Assembly: GCA_946965045.2 (NCBI GenBank)
Contig: OX337232.1
Span: forward strand, 3,782,001-3,846,000
Reading direction: 5' to 3'
DNA from: Epithemia pelagica
Lineage: Eukaryota; Protista; Bacillariophyta
Length of the DNA: 64,000 bases
Shown piece after piece: positions 1-9,967 of this stretch. A model generated the notes under the pieces. The model ran no database searches, was not told the origin of the DNA, and saw only the letters and a program-made list of their open reading frames with translations. Each line of letters opens with the position of its first letter. Position 1 is the first letter of the stretch. A program made the translations under genes and the position numbers.

Positions 1-43
1 GTAGTAGTGCCTAGTCTGTGTTGTTGTTGTTTTCTTTTGCTTT

Positions 44-3000
44 TTAAGACAACCCTTTGGCTTCTTCCCCTGGTTGTTGTTCTTGGTCTTCTTCTTCTTC
101 TGGAGCATGCTGGTGATCTTCGGTGGCGGCACTGTCACAAATCTGATGATGCGTCGGTGAGTGGGAATGGTGATTGGCATTATGACACCACGCCACGGCA
201 AAAAATGTCAGGGCATTGAATTGGGTACACAAATCTTCTCCTCCTACAGGATCCGTGTCTCCTCCTCCTTTTCCTCTTGGACCACCAGCACCCATGGAGG
301 ATGCCGTGTGTGCCATGGTGACGTTGGACCGAAGAATGCCACTGTCATTGACGTGCATAAAGTACGATGATGCCGCCGTGGGATTGCTTGTCACGGCCTT
401 GATGGCTCCTGCTGCTGCTTCTGCAGCTGTTTTTTCTTTGGATTGAGCTGGTTGGGTGTCTTGTTCCTTCTCCGTCTCCTCCGCAATGGTGGTTGGTGCA
501 TGTCGTGGACGTCGTCGTGGGGAGTTCTTATTGTTGGTCACCCTGGCTTTACGAAGTTGATTGGAGGATGGAGAAATACATTCGACCGCCTCCAAATTGG
601 ACAAGGTTTCTTGAACAATGGCCACCACATGATCTACATTGGCCGTACTATCAGTGGTGGTCACCAAGGAGGTTGTTTCGTGGTGTTCCGAAAATCCCAT
701 GTGGTGATGATGATGAAAGGCCCCGGGTGTAATGGCTCCCGTGGTTGCATCCGTGTTGGAAGGGACAAAGACAATGGCAGGAGTTCCATCCTCTCCCTCC
801 ATACTAATGAGTTCCAACAATCGATCGTCTTCTGCGTGATCGTTTTGTGCTTGTTTGACATTTTGTTCGTCCGTGTGAGTACTTGGTTTGGTCTTGGGTG
901 TCGGATCATTGGTTGCCTTTTGCGTTTCGTCGTCTTGTCCATGAGCCATTTCTATTAATCGGTTGTACACATCTTGAGGCGACAACAAGAGGTAGTTGTT
1001 GGGCAAGACCTTGTTGCCCTTTTCATCTGTTCCATTGGGATAGGTAAAGAGAATCATGTTGTCGTCGTCTGGTACAACTTCATTTTCTGGCGATTCATCC
1101 GAAGGAATGGGTGACATGCTCATGGAAAAGGATGGATTGTTGGGAACGACGGAATGATACTGACGGTCGTGTTGTTGCGCAGTGTCGTCCGTTGGCATCA
1201 TTTTGGTTTGTCGGTTTTCCAGTTCATCGCTGGGAGCCATGGAAACCATACCTCGTGACTGAAACGATTGGGTGTAGGTAAAGGAATACTGATCTTGGCG
1301 TGGTGACAAATAGGGGCTGGTTCGAGTTGGTGCCGTTTTGTTGTTGTTGTTGTTGTTGTTTGGAGTCTTGTTGTTGTTCTTGTTGGTATCCTGTTTATGC
1401 ATCACAACGACAGTCGCTTGCGAACTTGGTTGAGAAGTGGGAGGAGACGACCGAGTTTGTGGAGGGGTTTGATTTTGACTGCTGTTGCTACAATGACTCT
1501 GGTTTCTTGTTGTTGTTGTTGTTGTTTTTGTTGTTGTGGACGACTTGGATGAAATCGCAGTCGTAGTCGTAGTTGTTGTACCGGCAGCACCCTTGGATTT
1601 GTGGTTGTCATAGGAGAGCTGCCAACTGACTTCTTCATCCGACGGAAAGGAGGAGGAGGCAGAACTTGGTCCGGTCCGGAGTGTGGAAGAAATACAACTC
1701 TTGTCTTTGGTGGAGGAATGACGAGACTGGTCGTCCTCGTCTTCGACATCGGTCGACGCTTGGGTGGTAACGTCTCCCTCCTCCATTGGTTTCTGGGCGT
1801 CTTGCTTGTGGACGGTCCGCTCCTGTCGTTGTTGCAGATGCAGTTGTTGTTTGAGGATTTGACCAAAGGCATCGTCGTCGCAACAGTCTTCTTGAGGATT
1901 CATTCCACCATCACCAGCACCACAACAATCGTCGAGACTGAACCCTTTTTGCAAATTGGCCAAGCCATGATAAATGGCGGTTCCACTGAGCGAGGCCGAA
2001 ACGGCTGGAGGTGGAATCAGGGCGGCCTCCGCCTCCAACTCTTGTTGGGCAGTCATAGCAGTCGCCTTGTTCTTGTCATGGTTCTTGTGGCTGCTCGATC
2101 GATGCGAACGCGAACGCGAACGACTGCTTCTCTTGGATGGACTACTATTGGCATGACTGGATCTCTTGCTCTTGCTACTGCTTTTGCTCTTGCTCTTGCT
2201 CGTTTGGGACGTGTGTCGTCGTCTCGAGTCGTTTTTTCGGGGTGAATCGTCCAGATTGGTCAAGGAATCCATGGTTTGAATGACACGTTCCCGAATGGGA
2301 CTGGGAATTCGTACGTCATCGTCATCGTCTTCAATGACTTGAACTTCGACATTGTCGTACAAGACCGAAAAACTGTCATCTCGAAGAGTCTTGTGGTGGT
2401 TCTTGTTGTTGTTCGTATCATCCTCATTATGGTCATTACGGTCATTCTTCTCCGCTGCAGCTGCCGTGCCACGACGACTGCACGAATGACTTTCGGTGGT
2501 GGTACTCTGACTGCTCGTGGGATGTCGAGAGGGATGCTGGGGTTTGTGGTTGTGGTGGGTCTTGTGGTTGTCGACCACGACGACCACCACCGAAGGTGGC
2601 GAACCCCGAGAAGTGGAAGACGAAGAGGATTCCGTTTCCACAAGGACATGGCGTTGTTTGGTGGACTTGCGTCGAGGAGACGACGACGAAGAATAATGTT
2701 TTTTGGGAGGACACGACAGTTGTTGGGGTGCTCCAGCGTGGTGTTCGTCTTCGTCGTCTTCCATGGTGGCAGCCGTGACGGCGTCGTGAAAGGTAAAGAG
2801 TTTGGGTGTGGGTTTGCGCACGACCCGTTGTGTTTCATGGCGTTGTTGTTGTTCGCGATACTGGTCCAACTTTTGCGCCACCCACAATTCGGCTTCGTGC
2901 TTGGCCAAGGCGGCGGCGGCTTCGGCCGCCAGTTCGAGGCGATGTTGTTGTTGTTGGGCGGCTCGAAAAATTTGACGTTGTCGTTTGGCGGCATAATAGT

Positions 3001-3193
3001 GCAAGCCGCCCGCGCCATGGGTCGTACTCTCCGTACTCGCACTCGGTTGTTGCTCGGCCGAATACTCCTCCTCCTCGGACGACGACGACGACGACGAAGA
3101 CGAAGAAGCAGCAGGATTGGTAGGGGACGACGAAAAGGTGGTCGCTGCACCACTCGCGGCGGTTTCGTCGGCCGGAGCGTGAAGGACTTCCAT
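44..3193 (-). CDS. Hypothetical low-complexity protein (~1050 aa; S/T/Q/N/H/D-rich, probably disordered)
   Basis: Uninterrupted ORF 44..3346. Most plausible ATG at 3193 (MEVLHAP). Codon and low-complexity style match neighbouring host genes. No recognisable domain. Confidence 0.55.
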   Translation of the reverse strand: MEVLHAPADETAASGAATTFSSSPTNPAASSSSSSSSSSEEEEYSAEQQPSASTESTTHGAGGLHYYAAKRQRQIFRAAQQQQHRLELAAEAAAALAKHEAELWVAQKLDQYREQQQRHETQRVVRKPTPKLFTFHDAVTAATMEDDEDEHHAGAPQQLSCPPKKHYSSSSSPRRKSTKQRHVLVETESSSSSTSRGSPPSVVVVVVDNHKTHHNHKPQHPSRHPTSSQSTTTESHSCSRRGTAAAAEKNDRNDHNEDDTNNNKNHHKTLRDDSFSVLYDNVEVQVIEDDDDDVRIPSPIRERVIQTMDSLTNLDDSPRKNDSRRRHTSQTSKSKSKSSSKSKRSSHANSSPSKRSSRSRSRSHRSSSHKNHDKNKATAMTAQQELEAEAALIPPPAVSASLSGTAIYHGLANLQKGFSLDDCCGAGDGGMNPQEDCCDDDAFGQILKQQLHLQQRQERTVHKQDAQKPMEEGDVTTQASTDVEDEDDQSRHSSTKDKSCISSTLRTGPSSASSSFPSDEEVSWQLSYDNHKSKGAAGTTTTTTTAISSKSSTTTKTTTTTTRNQSHCSNSSQNQTPPQTRSSPPTSQPSSQATVVVMHKQDTNKNNNKTPNNNNNNNKTAPTRTSPYLSPRQDQYSFTYTQSFQSRGMVSMAPSDELENRQTKMMPTDDTAQQHDRQYHSVVPNNPSFSMSMSPIPSDESPENEVVPDDDNMILFTYPNGTDEKGNKVLPNNYLLLSPQDVYNRLIEMAHGQDDETQKATNDPTPKTKPSTHTDEQNVKQAQNDHAEDDRLLELISMEGEDGTPAIVFVPSNTDATTGAITPGAFHHHHHMGFSEHHETTSLVTTTDSTANVDHVVAIVQETLSNLEAVECISPSSNQLRKARVTNNKNSPRRRPRHAPTTIAEETEKEQDTQPAQSKEKTAAEAAAGAIKAVTSNPTAASSYFMHVNDSGILRSNVTMAHTASSMGAGGPRGKGGGDTDPVGGEDLCTQFNALTFFAVAWCHNANHHSHSPTHHQICDSAATEDHQHAPEEEEDQEQQPGEEAKGLS

Positions 3194-3569
3194 ACTGATG
3201 ATAATGGTCGTTGCTTGTTGCTTGTTGTTCTTTGTTGTGGTGGTGACAGTCTTGCGCCACAATGAAATGAGAGTATTGTTTTGTTTGTTGTTTTGTTGTT
3301 TTGTTGGACAGTGATTGATGTGGGGCAGCCACAAACTGTGTGCCAACCAAGAAAGAGCGATGAGGAGAGAAGCGATGCAAGAGTCTCTCTCTTATTCGAA
3401 AAAGAAAAAAAAGAAATGAGGCTCCACCGACAACACCTTGTTTGGAACCGAGACTGGGCACAGTTCTGTTTTGGCCAAGGAAGGGAATGGAGACTTGCGC
3501 CACCACACTACTTGTGTGTTGTGTTGTTGGGGTTTTTGTCGCCATCGCCATGGTGCCGGATCGCTGATG

Positions 3570-3645
3570 GTCGCTCGCGAAATCACCGCCAAATCTAGAA
3601 AGGCAGTCGCTCCTGTCAATTTTCGCGAGCGACGGACCGCCAAAA
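3570..3645. promoter_or_regulatory. CpG-rich upstream region with inverted repeat and E2F-like motifs
   Basis: GTCGCTCGCGAAA (3570-3582) and its perfect reverse complement TTTCGCGAGCGAC (3621-3633), plus two CCGCCAAA copies, ~380-450 bp upstream of the 3193 ATG. Confidence 0.25.
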
Positions 3646-4403
3646 ATTCAGTCGCTTTTGTTGGGCATGCGCGCGCGAGTGGACAGTCGCGCTTATGCGC
3701 GCGATGAGTCGCGCGCGGGCACGCCCGATCTTCTGCGAGCACAGCGAGCGTCCATCGCTCACATATCCTGTGTCCTGTGAGTGTGAGCGCAAAGGATTCG
3801 CCCACACAAGCCGAATCTGCTCTGTCTGTGCCTGTTGCGCGTATCCGTATGTGTGTGTTCTCCCCTCCTATATATGTGGGGGGATGGTCTTTTTGCGTGG
3901 AACGGGAGACCCCAACAATGGGTACTGCGACTTTTCGTGTCTGCTTCTAGTCTCGAGCATGTCAAAGAATGGAATGTGTTTTGGTTGTGCTGGAGACCAA
4001 GCGAGGAGTCATGGTTTGGTTCCACCTTCCTCCTCCTCCTCCTGCCACTGCGGCCGTCGTTTGTCCCATGCTGGAGGAGCCGCAAGACCACACCACCTGG
4101 AGCAAAACACACAACATGACATTCAGTCCTACTCGAGGCAGCCCTGTTTTCCACAGACTTTTACAATGACACTAGAGAACCGGAATCGGAGGAGATGAGC
4201 GTACCAATGAATCATAAATCATACTGTTTCACTGTTAGAATGATGATAATATACTCTACAAGTACCTATAGGTCGTCGGAACGAGCCACGGATAAACACT
4301 ATATTTCAGGGGACCTGAAATCTCGAATCCACACAAGCAGCAGGCCAGTCACCAGGAACCCACCGACCAGAGTTAAATGTTGTTGGCCGTATAACGTTTC
4401 GGA

Positions 4404-7400
4404 TTATTTCCGCATGGCCGCCAAGGCCTTGCGGGACAAATCGTGCATTTGCGGATCGTTCAACAATTCCTTGACGGCATCGGGCGATTTGCTGCGATCC
4501 ATGGCCTTGGTGGCCATGCTTCGCAAATTGTCATTGTGCAACAATTGACGGGCCGTAATGTCCATGTTACTGGCATTGGGAGGCGAGGCCGTGTGCGTCG
4601 GAGAAGTTGCTTGGGCTCCGCGCGTGGCGCTCGAGGGACGGGTCGACACGGAGAGTGAGGATGACTTGTTGTTGTTGCTACTGCTGTTGCGACTCTTTTG
4701 TTGTTGTTGTTGTTTGGCCAAACGGCTCTTGGCCTTTTGCAAATAGGATTGGGAGGCGGCATTGTCGGGGTCGTATTCCAGCGCCGTCGTATAGGCCGCA
4801 ATGGCTCCGGCATAGTTGTGCAAAAAGAAGCGACTCAATCCCAATCGCGCATGGGCCTTGCCATAGGTGGGATCCAATTCCAAGGCGGCCAGGGAATCGT
4901 GTTCGGCTTGACTGTAGCGTTCCAAATAACAGAGGGCCGCGGCCCGATTGCTGTAATAGACATGAGATTGAGGACCGTGACTGGAACACTGCAAGGCTTG
5001 GGTATAGGCCTCCAAGGCTTTTTCGTACTCGCGATTCGCCATGAGGGCATTGCCCTTGGTCTTGAACTTTTCCGCCTCATTGGCGGACGACGACGACGAT
5101 TGTTTAGAAGACGACTTGCCGGCGCCCGTGCGATTGGACGACGATTGTTGTTGTTTTTGTTCTTGTTGTTCCAATCGTTTCGTGGCCTTTTCCAAATAGG
5201 ATTGATTCGAGGCATTGTGCGGTTCGAGACGAAGGGCGGTCGTGTAGGCTTGTTGGGCCTCGGCATAATTGCCGAGCAAAAATTGCGCCAATCCCAATCG
5301 GGCATGAGCCTTGCTGTAGTCGGGTTGCAAGGCCAAGGCTCGTTCACTATCGGCAATGGCCTCTTCAAACTGTCGCAAACTCACAAGGGCGGCGGCCCGA
5401 TTGGAAAAGTACACGTGCGATTGGGGACCGGCCGAGGACAAGTCCAAGGCCTTGGTATAACAGGCGGTGGCCGCGTCGTATTCCTTGCGTTGCATGTGCG
5501 CATTGCCCGTGGCCTTGCAACGTTCGGCCTGTTCCAAATCCTCGACTGCCGTCGTCGCTGCCGTGTGGGTGGACACGGACAAGGAATTGGCCGGTGCCGT
5601 GGAAATGGGAGTCGGACGGTGCGGTTTGGTCTGACTGGGTGGCGGTTGCGGTTTCGTGGCAGTACTACCACCAATGCTGGTACTATTGGATTTGCCGGGA
5701 CGTGGGGGCGTTTGGGGGGATCGTCGCGACGTTTTGTTGTGGAGCAACTTTTTCTTGACATTGCTGGTATTGGGAGTCGTGGTGGGTTTTTGGGAACAGG
5801 GTGGTGTGGACCGATGCTGGTTGGATCGATGATGAGGATTGGCCGTGGTGGGAGTGGCCTCGTCGGGATGAAACGTGGAAAAGAGTTTGGACGCAAAGGC
5901 CATGCGTTTGACGTAGGAGGCGACACTGACTTCAGTGCCAACCGTACTTTCCACACCATCGTCCAGGGGTTCCTCCCACCTACTAACACCACCGTATCGA
6001 GGATCCTTGTCTGTCTTTTCTTCTTCATGGTGGTGAGAATGTTCCGGATCTTGAAAGCGGACCGACGAGGACGTGTTCAAGGCCTTGTTGGTAGTGTTGT
6101 GATTGGTAGTGGCCGGATAGAGTTGATGAGCGCGTTGTCGTCGGAGCGTGCGTCCCTGTTTTTGTTGTTCGGCCGCCGTCAGCGCCGCCAAATATTCGAT
6201 GGTGCCCTTGGTATCTTCCAAGGCCACGGTACTGGCGAGCTTGTGTCGAAATTTGGTGACAATCTTGGCGTGTCGTTCTTGAAACAGGGCCTGTTTGTGT
6301 CGGGGTGTCAAGGTGGGATCGGCTTCGAGGTCGTCAAAAAAGCCCTTGGCGTAGACGGCCGCTTGGTATTGTTGAAACAAGTGCGCGTAGGGACGACAAT
6401 GGCTGGGACGAGTCTCGTTCGTTTCATTCTCAGTGTCGTTGTCCTCGTCGTCCGGTGGACGACAAAAATCGGCTTCGGCTTGGCGTCGCGTTTGGGCATT
6501 GAGACCAACCAAGCCGGCGGCCACCAGTTCGCCCAAACTCAGAGGACCGGGCAAGTCGGATCCCGACGCCAAGCCTTGGAGGGGATAAAACCGATGTCGA
6601 TTGCTGGCATGATAATCATCATAATCGTACAAGGAAATCCAGGCTGGTGGGGGTGGATGGGCCGCGGCATCATCGTCCTCTTGGTCCTTGTCATTCGTAG
6701 TAGTATTAGTGTTGTTGTACTGAGGATTCCGTTGCATCCATTCGCCGGTACTGGGATTGGTTTGGGCGGCCGTGCCTCGGTACAATAATTCGTCTTGCAT
6801 TTCGCCGAGACTGGGCAAGACATTGGCCTGTTGGGTATGCAAGACGGGCCGCGTATTGAGCATTCGCAAAAAGTGCTTGGGTTGTTGCACGTGATCGAGG
6901 GATTGGTGCGTGCCGGCATCAAACCAGGCATCATTGCCGTCCAAGAGGGGCGCATCGTCGTCGTCGTCCTCATCCTGGTCGGCAGACAAGGACGATTTGG
7001 TCTTTTTCGTTTTGTGATTGTCTTTGGAATAGGGTGCAATGCTCAAAACGTGCGTGTCGGCCGCGTCATTGTCGTCAGTGGTGCTGGTTGTTTGGTTGGA
7101 TTTGGACAATGGTGGCGGACAAAAGGCGCGCGTCAAGGCCCAACAGGCCAAGGTGATATAGTCAGCCTGCAAGCCTTGCGTCTGCAAGAGTGCTTGGGAC
7201 GAAAAGGAGCGGGGCAAATCGCGCAAATAATCCAAACAGAGCAAGACCAATTCGGCTTCGGTCGGCAATTGCACGTGTCGATCGGCCGACTCTTCTACCG
7301 AAGAATGGTGTGGGTCTTCGTCCTCTTCATCTTGTTCTGGACCCGAATCCTCTTCCTCTTCCTCCTCGTCGGGCCCATTGTCTGGGTCTTGCTCATCATG

Positions 7401-7940
7401 GTGGTGGTTGTGAGGATGATGATGATCCTCCTCCTCATGGTAGTGATATTCTCCCTCATCCATCAGATCCTCTTGTGGTGGTTGGGAAAAGGACGACGGT
7501 GAAGGAGCAATGGACTGGACATGAGGATTGTGACTTGGATGGTCCTGTTCATCGTCCGAGGTGGAGGCCACATGATGAAAGGGAAAACTGCCTTGGGACC
7601 GAACGACACCGACACTACTGGCCGCAGCACCCGACGAGGGCACCCCGGAACGACTGGCACGATTCGACGACGATGTGGTGCGATGGGACGTGCTGCCGGT
7701 AGGCGCACCAGAAGCAGCAACAGCATGAGGATTGGAAGACGACGAATGCCCATGAGAATGGTTCTTGTGGCGTGGCAAAGACTCGTGATGGTTGTTGCTG
7801 TGGCTGTGGTGGTGGCTGTATCGAGGAGCATTGTTGCCCGTTGCATGTTGTGATTGTGATAAAGAAGACGATGGATAGGGTGGACCCACATCCAAGGGCT
7901 GCATGGGACGTGAATGGTATTTGTTGGAAGGTGGCGGCAT
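4404..7940 (-). CDS. SGTA/SGT2-like co-chaperone with two TPR triplets and a C-terminal STI1/DP-like motif
   Basis: Two TPR modules (AERCKATGNAHMQRKEY...YFSNRAAAL...YSKAHARLGLA and AEKFKTKGNALMANREY...YYSNRAAAL...YGKAHARLGLS). C-terminal ELLNDPQM motif. N-terminal LVLLCLDYL helix resembles the SGTA dimerisation segment. Likely ATG at 7940. Confidence 0.8.
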   Translation of the reverse strand: MPPPSNKYHSRPMQPLDVGPPYPSSSLSQSQHATGNNAPRYSHHHSHSNNHHESLPRHKNHSHGHSSSSNPHAVAASGAPTGSTSHRTTSSSNRASRSGVPSSGAAASSVGVVRSQGSFPFHHVASTSDDEQDHPSHNPHVQSIAPSPSSFSQPPQEDLMDEGEYHYHEEEDHHHPHNHHHDEQDPDNGPDEEEEEEDSGPEQDEEDEDPHHSSVEESADRHVQLPTEAELVLLCLDYLRDLPRSFSSQALLQTQGLQADYITLACWALTRAFCPPPLSKSNQTTSTTDDNDAADTHVLSIAPYSKDNHKTKKTKSSLSADQDEDDDDDAPLLDGNDAWFDAGTHQSLDHVQQPKHFLRMLNTRPVLHTQQANVLPSLGEMQDELLYRGTAAQTNPSTGEWMQRNPQYNNTNTTTNDKDQEDDDAAAHPPPPAWISLYDYDDYHASNRHRFYPLQGLASGSDLPGPLSLGELVAAGLVGLNAQTRRQAEADFCRPPDDEDNDTENETNETRPSHCRPYAHLFQQYQAAVYAKGFFDDLEADPTLTPRHKQALFQERHAKIVTKFRHKLASTVALEDTKGTIEYLAALTAAEQQKQGRTLRRQRAHQLYPATTNHNTTNKALNTSSSVRFQDPEHSHHHEEEKTDKDPRYGGVSRWEEPLDDGVESTVGTEVSVASYVKRMAFASKLFSTFHPDEATPTTANPHHRSNQHRSTPPCSQKPTTTPNTSNVKKKLLHNKTSRRSPQTPPRPGKSNSTSIGGSTATKPQPPPSQTKPHRPTPISTAPANSLSVSTHTAATTAVEDLEQAERCKATGNAHMQRKEYDAATACYTKALDLSSAGPQSHVYFSNRAAALVSLRQFEEAIADSERALALQPDYSKAHARLGLAQFLLGNYAEAQQAYTTALRLEPHNASNQSYLEKATKRLEQQEQKQQQSSSNRTGAGKSSSKQSSSSSANEAEKFKTKGNALMANREYEKALEAYTQALQCSSHGPQSHVYYSNRAAALCYLERYSQAEHDSLAALELDPTYGKAHARLGLSRFFLHNYAGAIAAYTTALEYDPDNAASQSYLQKAKSRLAKQQQQQKSRNSSSNNNKSSSLSVSTRPSSATRGAQATSPTHTASPPNASNMDITARQLLHNDNLRSMATKAMDRSKSPDAVKELLNDPQMHDLSRKALAAMRK

Positions 7941-8805
7941 GATGCAATCAATCAATCAATCAATCAATCAATACGGTTGCGCCTGGAACGAAGATGGTGT
8001 GTGGATTGTGTGGCAGCCTCTCGGATCCAGCAGAAACACCGCGAGTGGTCGTTTGCTGGCGGCTCTGCTAGTGCAGCTGCTAGTTCACAACGGGTGGATG
8101 GTCCCCCAACAACAGAGGTGCAAAGGACACTCCCGAAAAACACGAGAACTTGTTGGTTCCCGAAAGGACGACAAAACTCCACCACGAAACCAAAACACAA
8201 AAGACCCTCTCTCTCTCTCGTTGTTGATGATTCAACACCAACAACAAACACACACACACACAGACACACAAGTCTTGTTGTTGGTTGTGTCTTGTTATGG
8301 TCAATCGATTGGTCTTGTTTCTTGTTGTCCTTGTCGTTGCTCCTGTTTCCTGTTTGCTTTTTTTTGGAGGTGTGACATGGATTGGCACGCCCGACCGACA
8401 ATTGGACCAACGGACCGTTGGATTTCTTACCGATCCGACGAGCGCGGATGCTTGGTCGGCTGACAAACGCCCGCCCGCCTAGACTGCATTCGGGAATCAT
8501 CAACGGGGCTGTGCTAGGTAGGAGCTACTACTACCATAATAGCTAGCTAGGAGTAGCTAGCTCGACCTCTCTCTTCCATCGCCTACTCCGAGTAGACCCT
8601 CGCATTGTCCAATCAAGAAACCGTCGATTGGATAGGAACGGAAACACTCTCCAGCATTGGAAAAGACAAAGACGAAAACGAGAAACAGTTTGATAGGAAC
8701 ACTCCAGCACCGTAGAATAGAAAATGAAAGCCATGTGAGTGTCCCCATTCTACACAGTTGAGTCTGCTGGACCAACCAGCGCCCATGACACGAAACAAAC
8801 GTGAT

Positions 8806-9711
8806 TTCATCGTGTTCTCTACTACCTAGACTCTAACTACTACAAGGACATGGACAAACATGTTGTTGCTGCTACGAAGGAGAGGAGACTGCCATGTTCA
8901 TCGTGTTCTCTACTACTAGAGACTCGAACTACTACAAGGACATGGACAAACATGCTGTGTTGCTGCTATGAAGGAGAGGAGACTGCCATGTTCATCGTGT
9001 TCTCTACTACTAGAGACTCGAACTACTACAAGGACATGGACAAACATGCTGTGTTGCTGCTACGATGGAGAGGAGACTGCCATGTTCATCGTGTTCTCTA
9101 GTACTAGAGACTCAAACTACAAGGACATGGACAAACATGCTGTGTTGCTGCTATGAAGGAGAGGAGACTGCCATGTTCATCGTGTTCTCTACTTCTAGAC
9201 TCGAACTACTACAAGGACATGGACAAACATGCTGTGTTGCTGCTACGATGGAGAGGAGACTGCCATGTTCATCGTGTTCTCTACTACTAGACTCGAACTA
9301 CTACAAGGACATGGACAAACATGCTGTGTTGCTGCTATGAAGGAGAGGAGACTGCTATGTTCATCGTGTTCTCTACTACTAGAGACTCGAACTACAAGGA
9401 CATGGACAAACATGCTGTGTTGCTGCTACGATGGAGAGGAGACTGCCATGTTCATCGTGTTCTCTACTACTAGACTCTGACTACAAGGACATGGACAAAC
9501 ATGCTGTGTTGCTGCTATGAAGGAGAGGAGACTGCCATGTTCATCGTGTTCTCTACTAGACTCGAACTACAAGGACATGGACAAACATGCTGTGGCAGCT
9601 ACGATGGAGAGGAGACTGCCATGTTCATCGTGTTCTCTACGACTAGACTCGAACTACAAGGACATGGACAAACGTGCTGTAGCTGCTACGATGGAGAGGA
9701 GACTGCCATGT
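8806..9711. repeat. Intergenic tandem array, 10 copies of an 86-94 bp unit
   Basis: AAGGACATGGACAAAC anchor at ~8844, 8936, 9030, 9121, 9213, 9305, 9396, 9485, 9571 and 9658. Units differ mainly by small indels in CTA/CTAC microrepeats. Confidence 0.95.
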
Positions 9712-9967
9712 ATTGGAGGTGCAAAGGTAGGATACCAGAAAGGTGGAATGGAATTTCGGATTACTTTGATTAACTATGCAGTCGAGAAAAGGAAGGAAAA
9801 GGAAGCAATGGATTGTAGTATAGAGGAGGAAAGGGATCATGTAACAGATAGCTGTGTGTGATATGGAGAACAAGACGGGATCGGTTGTTCGTTCGTTTCT
9901 TGGTGGTCATCTTGTGGGTTTCTTGGTTCATGGCCCAGAAGAGGATGGCAGCCAGGAGGTTCTACTA

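Noticed and set aside
161-7951. Numerous long antisense or alternative-frame ORFs over host genes (e.g. 2276-3265, 4698-6788; likewise 39580-40746 and 49086-50448)
   Set aside because: Shadow ORFs produced by stop-poor, low-complexity coding sequence on the opposite strand.
8806-9711. CRISPR-like array
   Set aside because: Units are near-identical along their whole length with no unique spacers, no cas genes are present, and the context is eukaryotic.
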